The position numbers and the translations under genes were made by a program. The notes under the pieces are model-generated. The model did no database searches. It was not told the origin of the DNA and saw only the letters and a list, made by a program, of their open reading frames with translations. Positions 11,201 through 19,867 of a DNA stretch of 64,000 nucleotides are shown here, in pieces; positions within the stretch are counted from its first letter, which is position 1; each line of letters starts with the position of its first letter. The stretch lies in the IMG/VR virus record IMGVR_UViG_3300044644_001556; one strand, given 5' to 3'. Origin of the DNA: a virus.

Positions 11201-11662
11201 TCTGGTGTTGCGGTATTGACAAATGATATAGATAATGATATAATATTTGGTGTCGGTTTAATATCTAATATAATTGGTAGTGCATTATATGAACATATAG
11301 AATCAATAGATATTGATTCTGGTGTTGCGGTATTGACAAATGATATAGATAATGATATAATATTTGGTGTCGGTATTGTTTCCAAATACAGTATTGGTCA
11401 TTATGAAGTTGTATTACCGCCAGCACCTTGGTCGTACCCAGAACACCCAGAACTTATTATATTTAATAGTATTTCCACTCCAACCTACGGAATAATACTA
11501 GATAAATATAATAATGAATTTACTGTTATGCCAAAACAGCAGTTAGAATCTATTGGTATTCCACCTGAATATATAGATTTTAATTCAGTTGGCTATAAAG
11601 GGGTGGTAATTATTACTCAACCCGCAACAAAACCGTTTAAATTATATCAATATTGGAGTTAA
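5294..11662 (+). CDS. very large repeat-rich virion protein (fibre-like)
   Basis: 2122 aa with several families of 38-50 aa tandem repeats; ends YQYWS. Confidence 0.6.
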   Translation: MITGNVTLNIQFVGGIAGKAGKCSTITETPPTVVSTSNASITTTSKTQLIGVGIKPAPIAQSITPIVGQPSMVRNIYLLSYLGLITPVKTTGVKLPKIGAVGPGLLIINNGIVKKVIIKWGGIVSVKVGKTRVLFAADYLNINPPDINRVFKPGKGVGIRLPKVGRATGGNQDLIQYSNTFTFSSPNPVTKKVTGLKSSKVGFVKYPAITQSTLSFAFNTKVQANTTLYAYNKYQTKGSKLVLHSGIRPTKVGSATFKISDSFAGYISSYLQSNTNINFISKYQIDRLFKTKIVYTGSKPAKVGSATFNIGDSFAGYISQYTQTNTNINYISKYQIDRLFKTKIVFAGTINPSIGSAEFRVSDTYTGYISRYTQTNTNINYVSTYQLNNLYQNTVYNGCTQALVGSAEFRVSDTYTGYISRYTQTNTNINFVSAYQLNNLYQSVVYNSCTLPLVGGAEFRVANSFAGYQSQYSQINTNINYVSGYQLSNLYLSSTYNICNTALIGTLTYPITKTKNTINVYNAVNNISYIQTNVPIIKNYVGIPAQIVGTLIYPVAKTKTVKYVYSNDTLTYIQSNAPVIKDYVGVLDQTVGTLIYPVIKTANTINVYSQGFSRYTQNNTQLIKEYVGINIPKVGVTKRLIIGYELYISTAIVNQPGGGFSSRYAGPYKKSIGITTDSFTVSNQVPPQIQAAIANITSVFRGVTKKAPPFKCNYPPSLLYTRPYNDPTLALRPGHYAGKLVAKYGSYVIYDHILLPPLASELVVQKRSGAADKAGFVGCFVPRLGTTALYDRIPQVFADYLPIVDLKQLEKAGRIKIVGIVKKGIGSTTNAYVLNSDGIASSIANIQARVAGKSGFYSSLVAAPGRMESCEIIPGLFRFDYSYTPTHTPTKSYVYTFGGFNKTQVGYLPKLMYLGSPQQDYSYSPPNNPILNQAAIGFDGLLPSLLPGAVATAYISKQQDSTTNKYTYTPPPLQLNEAGIQGFAGCILPPIGLGVPSIITDLSVIYKNTGFFDQTTKASAWSYCGYNFVPVGTALDKIVDYYFDDTAFSYRPSFINDVSVFYNAWVGTISPAVGTGYSIDYIPSSDGKLYYDYANDYLNAKGIDLHGYTGCKISPIATVFVSDIIIPEGKHEYYYYLRNLLDSNIRDNIQRNQVYETATISIGGIPSQFIGSILDAYPVDSSFISNIGRNIQRTILLDNLICSGVTSTINNIVGNTINPFKLNNAIDTTLRYQSNIIADISAVFNVIKTVLVGKSVNAIKLNNLASTEFRYQENIIPAFTGEYKGIISTTNIVCSAIGTKNYISYNDTTLVQTNIITTVSNGIGLSNFYVGGAPVKLSLITGLTTNATQTNILPFAVSTGIGCVNVYVGGTPVKSSLIAGLTTDATQTNILPFAVSTGIGCVNVYVGGTPVTSDLITGLITNTLQDNIVPDAVSTGIGCVNVYVGGTPVTSDLITGLISNTLQDNIVPAVISTGIGCVNVYVGNTPVTSDLITGLITNTLQDNIVPDAVSTGIGCVNVYVGGTPVTSDLITGLISNTLQDNIVPDAVSTGIGCVNVYIGNTLDSVNGVVGTINTDNIQNNTIPSVIRVYSGFINIPIGFTESDLIAVTGELDTTIVQDNIIPDIITTGIGLTQSYIGSASTPAESVGELTNNIQDNIVPADISVGIGIVNVYIGATLTAVKSVGELTNTLQDNIIPEIITVGISVDKIFVGNAFVERLVIEGELSNTLQDSVLPSSITAGIGLINTYVGNALAEHLIIIGEITNTLQDNIIPSIISDGVGFVTCNIGWTEHILVENIGDLGDINNHYIQTNDRLKPISDGVGFVTSNIGWTEHILVKNIGELGDINNVYVQTNDRLKPISDGVGFVTSNIGWTEHILVENIGDLGDINNRYIQTNDKLKPISDGVGFVTSSNIGHTIGNAISLNFDDIIITNYNNQDNIVPELISIGVGLISNIIGSALYEHIESIDIDSGVAVLTNDIDNDIIFGVGLISNIIGSALYEHIESIDIDSGVAVLTNDIDNDIIFGVGIVSKYSIGHYEVVLPPAPWSYPEHPELIIFNSISTPTYGIILDKYNNEFTVMPKQQLESIGIPPEYIDFNSVGYKGVVIITQPATKPFKLYQYWS
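9250..9965 (+). repeat. 114-bp (38 aa) tandem repeats inside the 2122-aa gene
   Basis: AVSTGIGCVNVYVGGTPVTSDLITGLITNTLQDNIVP unit repeated about 6 times. Confidence 0.85.
11132..11372 (+). repeat. 117-bp (39 aa) near-exact tandem duplication
   Basis: GVGLISNIIGSALYEHIESIDIDSGVAVLTNDIDNDIIF twice. Confidence 0.9.
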
Positions 11663-11663
11663 T

Positions 11664-11858
11664 ATGTATAAAGTACTTAAAGAATTATTACCAAATTCAG
11701 ATCATCTTTATTATGAAGTTACTGATGAAGAATTAAGTTTAATTGAAGTTCATAAGTTCGTAACTGAATATCAAGGCTCGCGCGTTGTTGGTACTGATGT
11801 TCCAGTTCCTGCGATCGCCGGTAAAGAAGTTCGCGAACAAAATTTTTCATTCTTATAA
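11664..11858 (+). CDS. small hypothetical protein
   Basis: 64 aa, 1 nt after the previous stop, followed by a terminator. Confidence 0.6.
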   Translation: MYKVLKELLPNSDHLYYEVTDEELSLIEVHKFVTEYQGSRVVGTDVPVPAIAGKEVREQNFSFL

Positions 11859-11869
11859 AATTTTGTTTA

Positions 11870-11898
11870 ATATGGGGCTCTTTGAGCCCCATATTTTT
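11870..11898 (+). terminator. intrinsic terminator
   Basis: ATATGGGGCTC-ttt-GAGCCCCATAT followed by T-run. Confidence 0.8.
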
Positions 11899-12026
11899 TG
11901 GTTGTAATATTTTTATATTTAAAAACTAAATATAATCATATAGTTATATTTCTCGGTGGTAAACATAGTATATGATAAATATACTTTATTATGTATTTTA
12001 TTATGTTTATTCGGAGTTAAATTACT

Positions 12027-15000
12027 ATGCTATCAGATGGCTTTCGATATCTAGAAGGTTCGGTAAATACCAATCTTACACTACCATTAACTACTAGTCT
12101 GCCATCGGTTTATACTCCTAATGAAGGTGAAGTAGTTTATGTAACTACTGGCTCAAATCCCGGATTCTATTTATATAATGGCGTTAGATGGATATGTGTT
12201 TTAAGCACTATAACTAATTCAACTGGTCACGTTATTTTAGATATAAAAACATTACCGGCTTTTAATGGTGATGTTACTTCGGAGGAAGGTAAAAATACAT
12301 TAACCTTAAATCAAATTATTCCGGCATTAGCTGGAACAACTGGAACTTTTAATTCAGTTACCGTTAATGAAAAAGGTTTAGTTGTAGGTGGTCATAATTA
12401 TACCGAATTATCGGATATGGGGATTACCTCATCCGATCCATTATTATCGTCATTTATTACGTCTAGTGCTAAAGGTGAGCCGGATGGTTTAGCTGGTTTA
12501 GATTCTAATGGAAAATTATTTGTTAATAATTTCCCAGAATTTATTGGCGGCGATGTTACATCGAGTGGTATTAGTGGAACCACGAAATTATTATTAAATA
12601 AAATATATAAACCATTTACGCCCGTTAATCCTACTGATACTGATCCATTAATATCAATTGCCGGACAATATAATTTATTAACGGTTAATGATAAAGGTTT
12701 AGTAACTGACGGTACAAAGTTAGAGTTATATACAAAATCGGAAATTGATGCATTATTAGGAATTGCAGTTTTTGAAGTTCCTGATATTTCGGTTACGGTC
12801 GGAACTAAAGTAGAACCGATTGATATTACAAACGTTTTATATGCACTTAATAATTATCCGAATATATTAAATTCAGTTCGTGGTGCAATTGTATTATTTA
12901 CCGGATTAGGTTTATCGTATATTAGAAAAACTGTATCTGCGAATAATCCATTAACTGATTGGGTCGAATTACCTCAGATATTAAATAATATTAATGGTGC
13001 GATGGTCCATAATTTATTAGTCTCTGATATTCGATTAATTAATACATCACCAAAATTACAATTAGTTATTAGAACTGATTGGGATAAGCGATTTACCTTA
13101 CCTGCAGCCAAAACGTTACCGTTAGGTGGACCAATCTTCGTATTTAAAAATACGGATCCGAATAATAGATACGCAGTTTATTCACACAATGATACGTTAT
13201 TATCATACGTCGATGCGGTAACTGATGTTAGTTTCTACTTACATGGTAATACTGACGATGATTGGACTTTTATTATTCAATCATCCAAAGATCATGAATT
13301 TATAGAAAATAAATCACCTAATATTAATTTAGTAGATCCGATTAGTTTAGTACCTAGCGATAAATTATATCCGACGCAGCGTGCCGTTAAAATGTATGTA
13401 ACGGATACTATTAAAAGAGATATTCTTGATTTAAAAGGCAAATCGGAATTAGTAGTAGGTGCTACACCACCGAGATTAAAAATACCAGGTTTTGCTACAT
13501 TAGATGTAAATAATTTCTTAACGTTATCGCAATTACCACCAGAAGCGGTTAATAAAACTTATAGTATTCCAGATACTTTTTTAGATAATCATGTTTATGT
13601 TAATGTAACTCGAACTAATTATTTAGATGCAATCGATAATTATGCATCGGTTAATAACGTAACGTATCAAATTGGTGATATCGTTATTTTAGATATTATC
13701 AAAAAAGTTTATATTTTACAATCTAAAAATCCTAGCGTCTGGGTCGAATTAGCATCGGGTGTTTTATCTATAAACGGCAACAAAGTTGGTGACGTTCATT
13801 TAGATGCTAGTGATATAGAAACCGGAGTTTTTGATCCGGCTAGAATACCAAATATCAATTATCTTAATGGTGTATTTGATAATGATTATATCACTGCCGA
13901 TTTAATATTAACCAATACTTCAGCTCCAATTCAATCATTAAAAACATTAACTCCAAATATTGATGTGTTTTTACCTGATGCTACTACTATGAGTAGTGTT
14001 GGGGTTCGATTCGTAATTCGAAATACCGGTGCTAAAACAAAGCCGGTAACTGATAGATTAATCAATATTAAATCTAGCGATGGGTCTATTTTATATCCAT
14101 TATATCCGACGCAATCAGTTAATATTTTATTAGTTAATACGACTATTGATTCCGCTGATTGCTGGGAAGTAATTGGTCAGGCTACATATCACCGATTTGC
14201 TGAGTTAGATTCAAATGCTAGATTATTGACTATCCAATTACCGACATTTATCGGCGATGTTACATCGCCGGGCGGAACCAATACTTTAACATTAAAAGAT
14301 GCACCATTCTATAATAGTTCGTATGTTTCTAATTTTTACGAATATACAAAAATTAATAGATCCGGTATCGCAATTGATGTAAAAAATAAAGTTTTTTCAA
14401 TACCTGATGTTTCTGGCTTACCACTACAGTCTGATCCAAATTTTGACCCGACTGCAAAATATTTAATTGATAATTCAACTTGCTCATATAGATGGGATGG
14501 AGTTCGTTATGTTTTAGATGATGATTTAATTGCATCGCATGTTTACATAATCGAAACTCCGGGTGCTGATAAATCGCATATTATTTTACCGAATTCGCCT
14601 GCATTATTAGCCAAACCAAAAGATATTGTTTTCGTTCGCGAACTTAAACGATCTTACATATTAACTGCAGATCCAGCGTCCCATTTACCAAATTGGGATT
14701 TGTTAACTACTGAAGGTAATTATATATGCCAATCCCTTATATCAATTCCTTTAGCCGTAGATATTATTTTAGATAAAGATTCCGATCAATTTCATTTATT
14801 TAAAACTAGTACTCAAAATGGTTCCGATAATTGGAAGTTCGTTTTACCTAGAGCTCGCACATTATCAATGGGCGGGATGTTATTTGTATTTAAAAATGCG
14901 GGTATTCGATTAGTAGATAAAGGTGTTGATATTATATCATATACCGGCGAATTAGTTTATACTGTTGAACCTGGTAGATTTATTAGTTTATATTTAAATT

Positions 15001-16505
15001 CATTTAATGATCATACTGGATGGGAAGTTGGTGAATTAACTGCTGGGACTGAAATATTATCTAATAAAAACCAACCGTATGGTTATGCTGGTTTAGATCA
15101 AGATGGTTTAATTCCCGATGCGATTATGCCATTTAGTTATAAATTAAGCAATTATCATATGGATACGATATTTGCCGATGTTATTATTGATACTGCTTAT
15201 AAAACTCACATATACTTACCTAGAATAGATAATCTATCCGTTACCTTACGTGATGCGGCAACTTATCTATTAGGTAATATGACTCATATTATCGAAAATA
15301 GAGGGTCATATACTTTAACAGTTCGTGATTTTACTGGAATTATAGTAGCTGAGATTAAACCAAGAACTACAACTAATTTATTATTAGTTGATAATGCAAC
15401 TTCAGCTGGTATTTGGGTTCCTTTATTAGGAACTGCGACGTCAATTAATTTTAGATGGTATCAAGATACTAATTTAAATATATCATCAAATAATATTAAA
15501 GTAGTTTACTTATCACCAACGGAATTATATTTAGTTTACTTAGATGGTATTAATAATCTAATTGGTCAACGCATAATTATAGTTAATAATATTGCAACTC
15601 TTGATCCGCCGTCTATTATTGACTCGGTTGTTGATCCGATATTCGACGTAGTTTCAGTAACTAGTACTATAGTGTTGATTACTTATATTGGTGCTATTAA
15701 TTATATCTCGGTTTGTTTTTATGATGTTGCTAGATCAGTTCTATCTGCACCGACGACCATATACGTAGATCAATTAGTTACTATTGATCGATTAGCGAAT
15801 ATTGATGCTTATAATTCAGTAATTTTATATCGAACTGCAGATAAAATGTCTTCTACGTTAATGGTAGATACGGCAGTTTTCCCTATAGTATTATGGGGTC
15901 AAATGGATTTACGAAACGATTTAAATTGCGTTGATTTAGCGCCGGTTAGTATTAGTCAAATGATGGCTGTTTTTTCAATCAATGGTTTATTTAGAATTGG
16001 GGCTTTTGCATTAAATAGAGTTACTTTCGGTGCAACATTAAGTGTTTGTTATGATATAGCGCCCGAACCTGCCATTAATGTTACTTTAACTACGTTAGCT
16101 ACTGGTCATGCATTATGTACGTATATAAATCAAGACCATTTCGTAGTTTTAACTATATTAAAAAATACGACCTATCAAGCGAATATATCTCATGGCGTCG
16201 CTAATATAGTAACAGTCGGACCAAAATTAACTTTAACTGGAGCGATTGCACGCAGAGTTTCAGTCAGTGCATTCGCTAATGATATTGTTTCGTGTGCTAT
16301 TCTAAATGATGGTGATTATATATCAGTGTTTAATTTAATCATAGATGATAATAGTATTACTATTCGTGACGCATCTGAACGTATAGTCGAAACCGGTTCC
16401 AATTCTTCAGTTAATGTATGTGCAGTTACTGATACCTCGGCATTATTAACTTATAATAATAACGTTGATAATAAATTGACAGCTAAATATTTAACACTCA
16501 ATTAA
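12027..16505 (+). CDS. long tail-fibre-like protein
   Basis: 1492 aa; recurring fibre motifs GDVTS, VTVNEKGLV, GLAGLDSNGK, SINGNKVGDVHL; ATAAATAT at 11975-11982. Confidence 0.7.
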   Translation: MLSDGFRYLEGSVNTNLTLPLTTSLPSVYTPNEGEVVYVTTGSNPGFYLYNGVRWICVLSTITNSTGHVILDIKTLPAFNGDVTSEEGKNTLTLNQIIPALAGTTGTFNSVTVNEKGLVVGGHNYTELSDMGITSSDPLLSSFITSSAKGEPDGLAGLDSNGKLFVNNFPEFIGGDVTSSGISGTTKLLLNKIYKPFTPVNPTDTDPLISIAGQYNLLTVNDKGLVTDGTKLELYTKSEIDALLGIAVFEVPDISVTVGTKVEPIDITNVLYALNNYPNILNSVRGAIVLFTGLGLSYIRKTVSANNPLTDWVELPQILNNINGAMVHNLLVSDIRLINTSPKLQLVIRTDWDKRFTLPAAKTLPLGGPIFVFKNTDPNNRYAVYSHNDTLLSYVDAVTDVSFYLHGNTDDDWTFIIQSSKDHEFIENKSPNINLVDPISLVPSDKLYPTQRAVKMYVTDTIKRDILDLKGKSELVVGATPPRLKIPGFATLDVNNFLTLSQLPPEAVNKTYSIPDTFLDNHVYVNVTRTNYLDAIDNYASVNNVTYQIGDIVILDIIKKVYILQSKNPSVWVELASGVLSINGNKVGDVHLDASDIETGVFDPARIPNINYLNGVFDNDYITADLILTNTSAPIQSLKTLTPNIDVFLPDATTMSSVGVRFVIRNTGAKTKPVTDRLINIKSSDGSILYPLYPTQSVNILLVNTTIDSADCWEVIGQATYHRFAELDSNARLLTIQLPTFIGDVTSPGGTNTLTLKDAPFYNSSYVSNFYEYTKINRSGIAIDVKNKVFSIPDVSGLPLQSDPNFDPTAKYLIDNSTCSYRWDGVRYVLDDDLIASHVYIIETPGADKSHIILPNSPALLAKPKDIVFVRELKRSYILTADPASHLPNWDLLTTEGNYICQSLISIPLAVDIILDKDSDQFHLFKTSTQNGSDNWKFVLPRARTLSMGGMLFVFKNAGIRLVDKGVDIISYTGELVYTVEPGRFISLYLNSFNDHTGWEVGELTAGTEILSNKNQPYGYAGLDQDGLIPDAIMPFSYKLSNYHMDTIFADVIIDTAYKTHIYLPRIDNLSVTLRDAATYLLGNMTHIIENRGSYTLTVRDFTGIIVAEIKPRTTTNLLLVDNATSAGIWVPLLGTATSINFRWYQDTNLNISSNNIKVVYLSPTELYLVYLDGINNLIGQRIIIVNNIATLDPPSIIDSVVDPIFDVVSVTSTIVLITYIGAINYISVCFYDVARSVLSAPTTIYVDQLVTIDRLANIDAYNSVILYRTADKMSSTLMVDTAVFPIVLWGQMDLRNDLNCVDLAPVSISQMMAVFSINGLFRIGAFALNRVTFGATLSVCYDIAPEPAINVTLTTLATGHALCTYINQDHFVVLTILKNTTYQANISHGVANIVTVGPKLTLTGAIARRVSVSAFANDIVSCAILNDGDYISVFNLIIDDNSITIRDASERIVETGSNSSVNVCAVTDTSALLTYNNNVDNKLTAKYLTLN

Positions 16506-16514
16506 GAGATTTTT

Positions 16515-17057
16515 ATGCGATTACCTAATATTACAATTAATGATCATGTAATACAAATACCAGCAGTATCATATACTAATGCAAATAAGCCCAGCAACCC
16601 AGTTTTAGGCGACTACTATTATCAAACTGACGGTATTACTGGTTTATATAAATTTACTGGTTTAAAATGGGATCATATGGGTGATTCGGTTCAACCAGCG
16701 AATCCATGGACTGTAGATTATAATAATAAAAAATTGATTAAATCATCATTTGTTGGTGAATTAGAAGATTTAACTGGCGCTGCTAGATATTATCCGGAAG
16801 AAGATATTTTATTAACCGATATTTGGGCTACTATTGGAGTTCCGTCTAATTTAGGAACTCGTATTAATCTATATAAAAACGGAAATACTTTATTAGAGTC
16901 AGTTTATATCCATCCAAATACTCATAAATCGATAATTATGAGTAATAATATACGATTAACCCCCGCTGATTATTTAACTATGGATTTACAAGCAACTGGT
17001 GGTTCTGATTTATTATTTACTGCAGTTTATTATGCGGTTATATATAGTGCGATATAA
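16515..17057 (+). CDS. tail-fibre-associated protein
   Basis: KPSNPVLGDYYY motif typical of fibre modules; cotranscribed with the fibre gene. Confidence 0.55.
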   Translation: MRLPNITINDHVIQIPAVSYTNANKPSNPVLGDYYYQTDGITGLYKFTGLKWDHMGDSVQPANPWTVDYNNKKLIKSSFVGELEDLTGAARYYPEEDILLTDIWATIGVPSNLGTRINLYKNGNTLLESVYIHPNTHKSIIMSNNIRLTPADYLTMDLQATGGSDLLFTAVYYAVIYSAI

Positions 17058-17084
17058 GAAAAGCCGACATCAGTCGGCTTTTCT
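17057..17084. terminator. bidirectional terminator between convergent genes
   Basis: AGAAAAGCCGAC-atca-GTCGGCTTTTCT. Confidence 0.8.
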
Positions 17085-17094
17085 AATTATTTAA

Positions 17095-17301
17095 TTACGA
17101 TAAAAACTCAGCCATTACAAAACGCATTAATTGATTACCTTCGCCAATAAATCTACGTTCCCGATCATATGTCTTATTACGCTGCTTATCATAAAAAGCT
17201 AAAGTTCGTTGATTACGATCAGTAATAGCAACTTCGGCTCCACCATGAATATCATTAAAATAACCGATAGTTTGTTGACGTCTATTATAAATAGGTTGCA
17301 T
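17095..17301 (-). CDS. small beta-hairpin repeat (beta-flower-like) protein
   Basis: Repeated IYNRRQQTIGY / ITDRNQRTLAF / TYDRERRFIG units; own promoter at 17347-17375. Confidence 0.55.
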   Translation of the reverse strand: MQPIYNRRQQTIGYFNDIHGGAEVAITDRNQRTLAFYDKQRNKTYDRERRFIGEGNQLMRFVMAEFLS

Positions 17302-17346
17302 AATTTTTTCCTTTAAATATTATTAGTTAATACAAACAACAAATAT

Positions 17347-17375
17347 ATTATAATGTAATACTATACTACAGTCAA
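17347..17375 (-). promoter_or_regulatory. sigma70-type early promoter
   Basis: TTGACT-17-TATAAT. Confidence 0.75.
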
Positions 17376-17448
17376 GTTATTTTTAATCAGATAATAACCA
17401 TAAAAATGGGGTTAATTATTATAATAACCCCATTTAAGTTAATAGTAA

Positions 17449-17805
17449 TTAAATCATTAAAACTTCTAATAACTTTCTAGATTTTGATGGGGTTGCTGTA
17501 AATAATTCATCGAATTTTTCTTTAGGTAAATTCGCTTTTGCTGCAGTGGTCGAAATAGTTAATGATTCATACGATCCGGTTTCGGCGATAAAGTCGTATA
17601 CTGATAATGAGCATGTATTTGTCATTGTTGGTTTCGAATAAATTATTGTAAATAATTCGCTACTTAATTCTATTTGTGATAATGACTCATTATTGCCAGC
17701 TTCTTTAGCTAATTGTTTTTTTAACTCTTCGTATCTTATTTGAAGTGGTTTTATTTTATTATGTAATTCCGCAAATTCATTAATCAATTCATTAATTTCT
17801 GACAT
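17449..17805 (-). CDS. hypothetical protein (N-terminal coiled coil)
   Basis: 118 aa ORF with RBS. Confidence 0.6.
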   Translation of the reverse strand: MSEINELINEFAELHNKIKPLQIRYEELKKQLAKEAGNNESLSQIELSSELFTIIYSKPTMTNTCSLSVYDFIAETGSYESLTISTTAAKANLPKEKFDELFTATPSKSRKLLEVLMI

Positions 17806-18043
17806 TTTTAATTCCTATTGTTAAATTATTACTACATTATTAGCCGATACCTAATTCATCAACCATTTCACCGTACTGTTTTTCTAATTGATTTAATAAT
17901 GTTTTATTCGATTCTATTTTTTTAGCGGCATTCGGATCGAACATATGTATATACCCATGATAATGAATTGGGTAAGTTGTATTTTGTTCTTGCTTCTCTA
18001 TTTCCTCTGTCATTATTATGTTTCCATTGAAATTTTAATATTA

Positions 18044-18478
18044 CTAGGTTATTCGTCTTATTGGTCGAACGTTATTATATTGCGATAGATATTGGTTTCG
18101 CTTATCGAATGTAACTACATCATATCGATTATTAGTTTTTGTAGAAGTCCAATAGGAGCCATGCATTTGAGCAATTATATTAGTGATAATATTTTCTGAA
18201 ATACTAATTAATTCATACATAGATGGTAAATACCAATCATTATATCCACCGTAAACTAATCGATTACAATAATCATTAGCTTCATCCCAAGACATATTAA
18301 CTTTATTAACTGAAAATGGAGCTACAATAATATCAGCATTTACATTATGTTCGTTTATTTGAACATTAGATATCATTAACCCACCATATTCAGCGATTAT
18401 ATGTTTAATCTTAGATGGAATAAACAACACTTCAGGGTTTGTATGATAATTATATAAATTTAATGGCGGATTTACCAT
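18044..18478 (-). CDS. DUF1566/Lcl-type CLec-like domain protein with N-terminal LNLYxY motif
   Basis: MSWDEANDYC...GGYNDWYLPS..EL...YWTS...VRPIR. Confidence 0.75.
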   Translation of the reverse strand: MVNPPLNLYNYHTNPEVLFIPSKIKHIIAEYGGLMISNVQINEHNVNADIIVAPFSVNKVNMSWDEANDYCNRLVYGGYNDWYLPSMYELISISENIITNIIAQMHGSYWTSTKTNNRYDVVTFDKRNQYLSQYNNVRPIRRIT

Positions 18479-18593
18479 TTAACAAAACCTCTATAATACA
18501 ATAAATTTATATTTATACTATAATCGATTGATTTTATTAATAAAATCCCGACATATTTTAAAAATATGTCGGGATATATTTTAAGTACGGTTA

Positions 18594-19073
18594 TTATGAT
18601 TCGACGTACGTAGATTTATCCGGAACTGAATAAAATAATAAATCATCGTTCGTCGCATTGGCGCCTACTATAGTCGCAACTTCTGGACCAATTTCATGTT
18701 TATACATGATTTTAATATTACCATTAAAATATTCGATAACCGCAGCTAAATGCTGATCTTTATTCTCTATATAATTATAATCCGGATTATACTGTAAAAC
18801 GTCACTTAATAAAAAAGCCGAGGCAGTTCCGGTATTTACGTGAAATTTACCGATTGGTTTAAATGGGTTCTTTTCATTTCCGGTTGGTTGAATAATAGTC
18901 CAGGACATATTAGGTTGGACGTTAAACATAGTTGCGTAGGTATCCAAACCTAGCAATTCCATTTTATTACCTCTCGCGCATTTATCCCAATCACCCGGAT
19001 TATTCGGATTTAAAATATACGATGGGTCGGTAATAATAATGGTACCATTAAAATATTGTGTTATATCGTGCAT
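18594..19073 (-). CDS. conserved phage hypothetical protein
   Basis: GTIIITDPSY motif; 159 aa. Confidence 0.55.
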   Translation of the reverse strand: MHDITQYFNGTIIITDPSYILNPNNPGDWDKCARGNKMELLGLDTYATMFNVQPNMSWTIIQPTGNEKNPFKPIGKFHVNTGTASAFLLSDVLQYNPDYNYIENKDQHLAAVIEYFNGNIKIMYKHEIGPEVATIVGANATNDDLLFYSVPDKSTYVES

Positions 19074-19085
19074 AATTTATTATCT

Positions 19086-19550
19086 CTATTCATTATAAAA
19101 TCGATTAATGCTATCTAACATATCATCTAAGCTATTATAAACTAATACACTTGGATTAATCAATCCTAACTGAGTAATTACATCTATTTTTCTTACGTAA
19201 TTTGGATGGCATGCTACAAATATTTTTTTATATGTTGGTTTAGCATGGACGCCTAATTCATATAATGTAATTGGGCATACGGTTTCTTCAGTAAAATAGA
19301 ATAAGATAGCATTAGCTTCAATTAAATGATTATATTCCCACATAATTTGATTAACTGTCATATTGATATCAGTTATATCAAAATCTGATCTACGGGGGTT
19401 TATGAGCTGAATATCTAAATTAGACAATCGTTGCACTGCATAATCTTGCCAGTCAGAACAATTAGATATACCGCCAGCTAAAAATATAGATGGCCTATCA
19501 TCTGCTTTATATATTTCAGGACATTTTACTTCATACATGAGGAGTACCAA
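19086..19550 (-). CDS. nucleoside 2-deoxyribosyltransferase-like protein
   Basis: SIFLAGGI...WQ...INPRR...QIMWE...CPITLYELG. Confidence 0.8.
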   Translation of the reverse strand: MVLLMYEVKCPEIYKADDRPSIFLAGGISNCSDWQDYAVQRLSNLDIQLINPRRSDFDITDINMTVNQIMWEYNHLIEANAILFYFTEETVCPITLYELGVHAKPTYKKIFVACHPNYVRKIDVITQLGLINPSVLVYNSLDDMLDSINRFYNE

Positions 19551-19830
19551 ATGGATTTAATGCATATTCTAATGCCGTATTTGCAGTCCCTGTTTTATCC
19601 GTTGCCGAGACTTCTCGAACTTTTGGATATTTAATATCAAATACTGGTATACTCTCCTTTATAGTACTAGATTCTGTTTCGGATTGATCTAATTTAATTT
19701 CCGATAATATTTGTTTACTTCGTTTCTCGTAATCAAGACTTTTTGCTTTCAATTCGTCACTTTGCTCTGCATACATTTTAGCTAAATATGCAAATTCTAA
19801 GGCAGACTCAATTTGATTTACTAATTTCAT
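19531..19830 (-). CDS. hypothetical protein
   Basis: 99 aa ORF within operon. Confidence 0.5.
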   Translation of the reverse strand: MKLVNQIESALEFAYLAKMYAEQSDELKAKSLDYEKRSKQILSEIKLDQSETESSTIKESIPVFDIKYPKVREVSATDKTGTANTALEYALNPFGTPHV

Positions 19831-19867
19831 ATTATTTCTCAGTTGATTAAAATTTAGTGGTTGTTTT

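Noticed and set aside
8794-14535. ORFs 8794..9003, 11098..11385, 12398..12583, 14353..14535
   Set aside because: Antisense shadows inside long structural genes.
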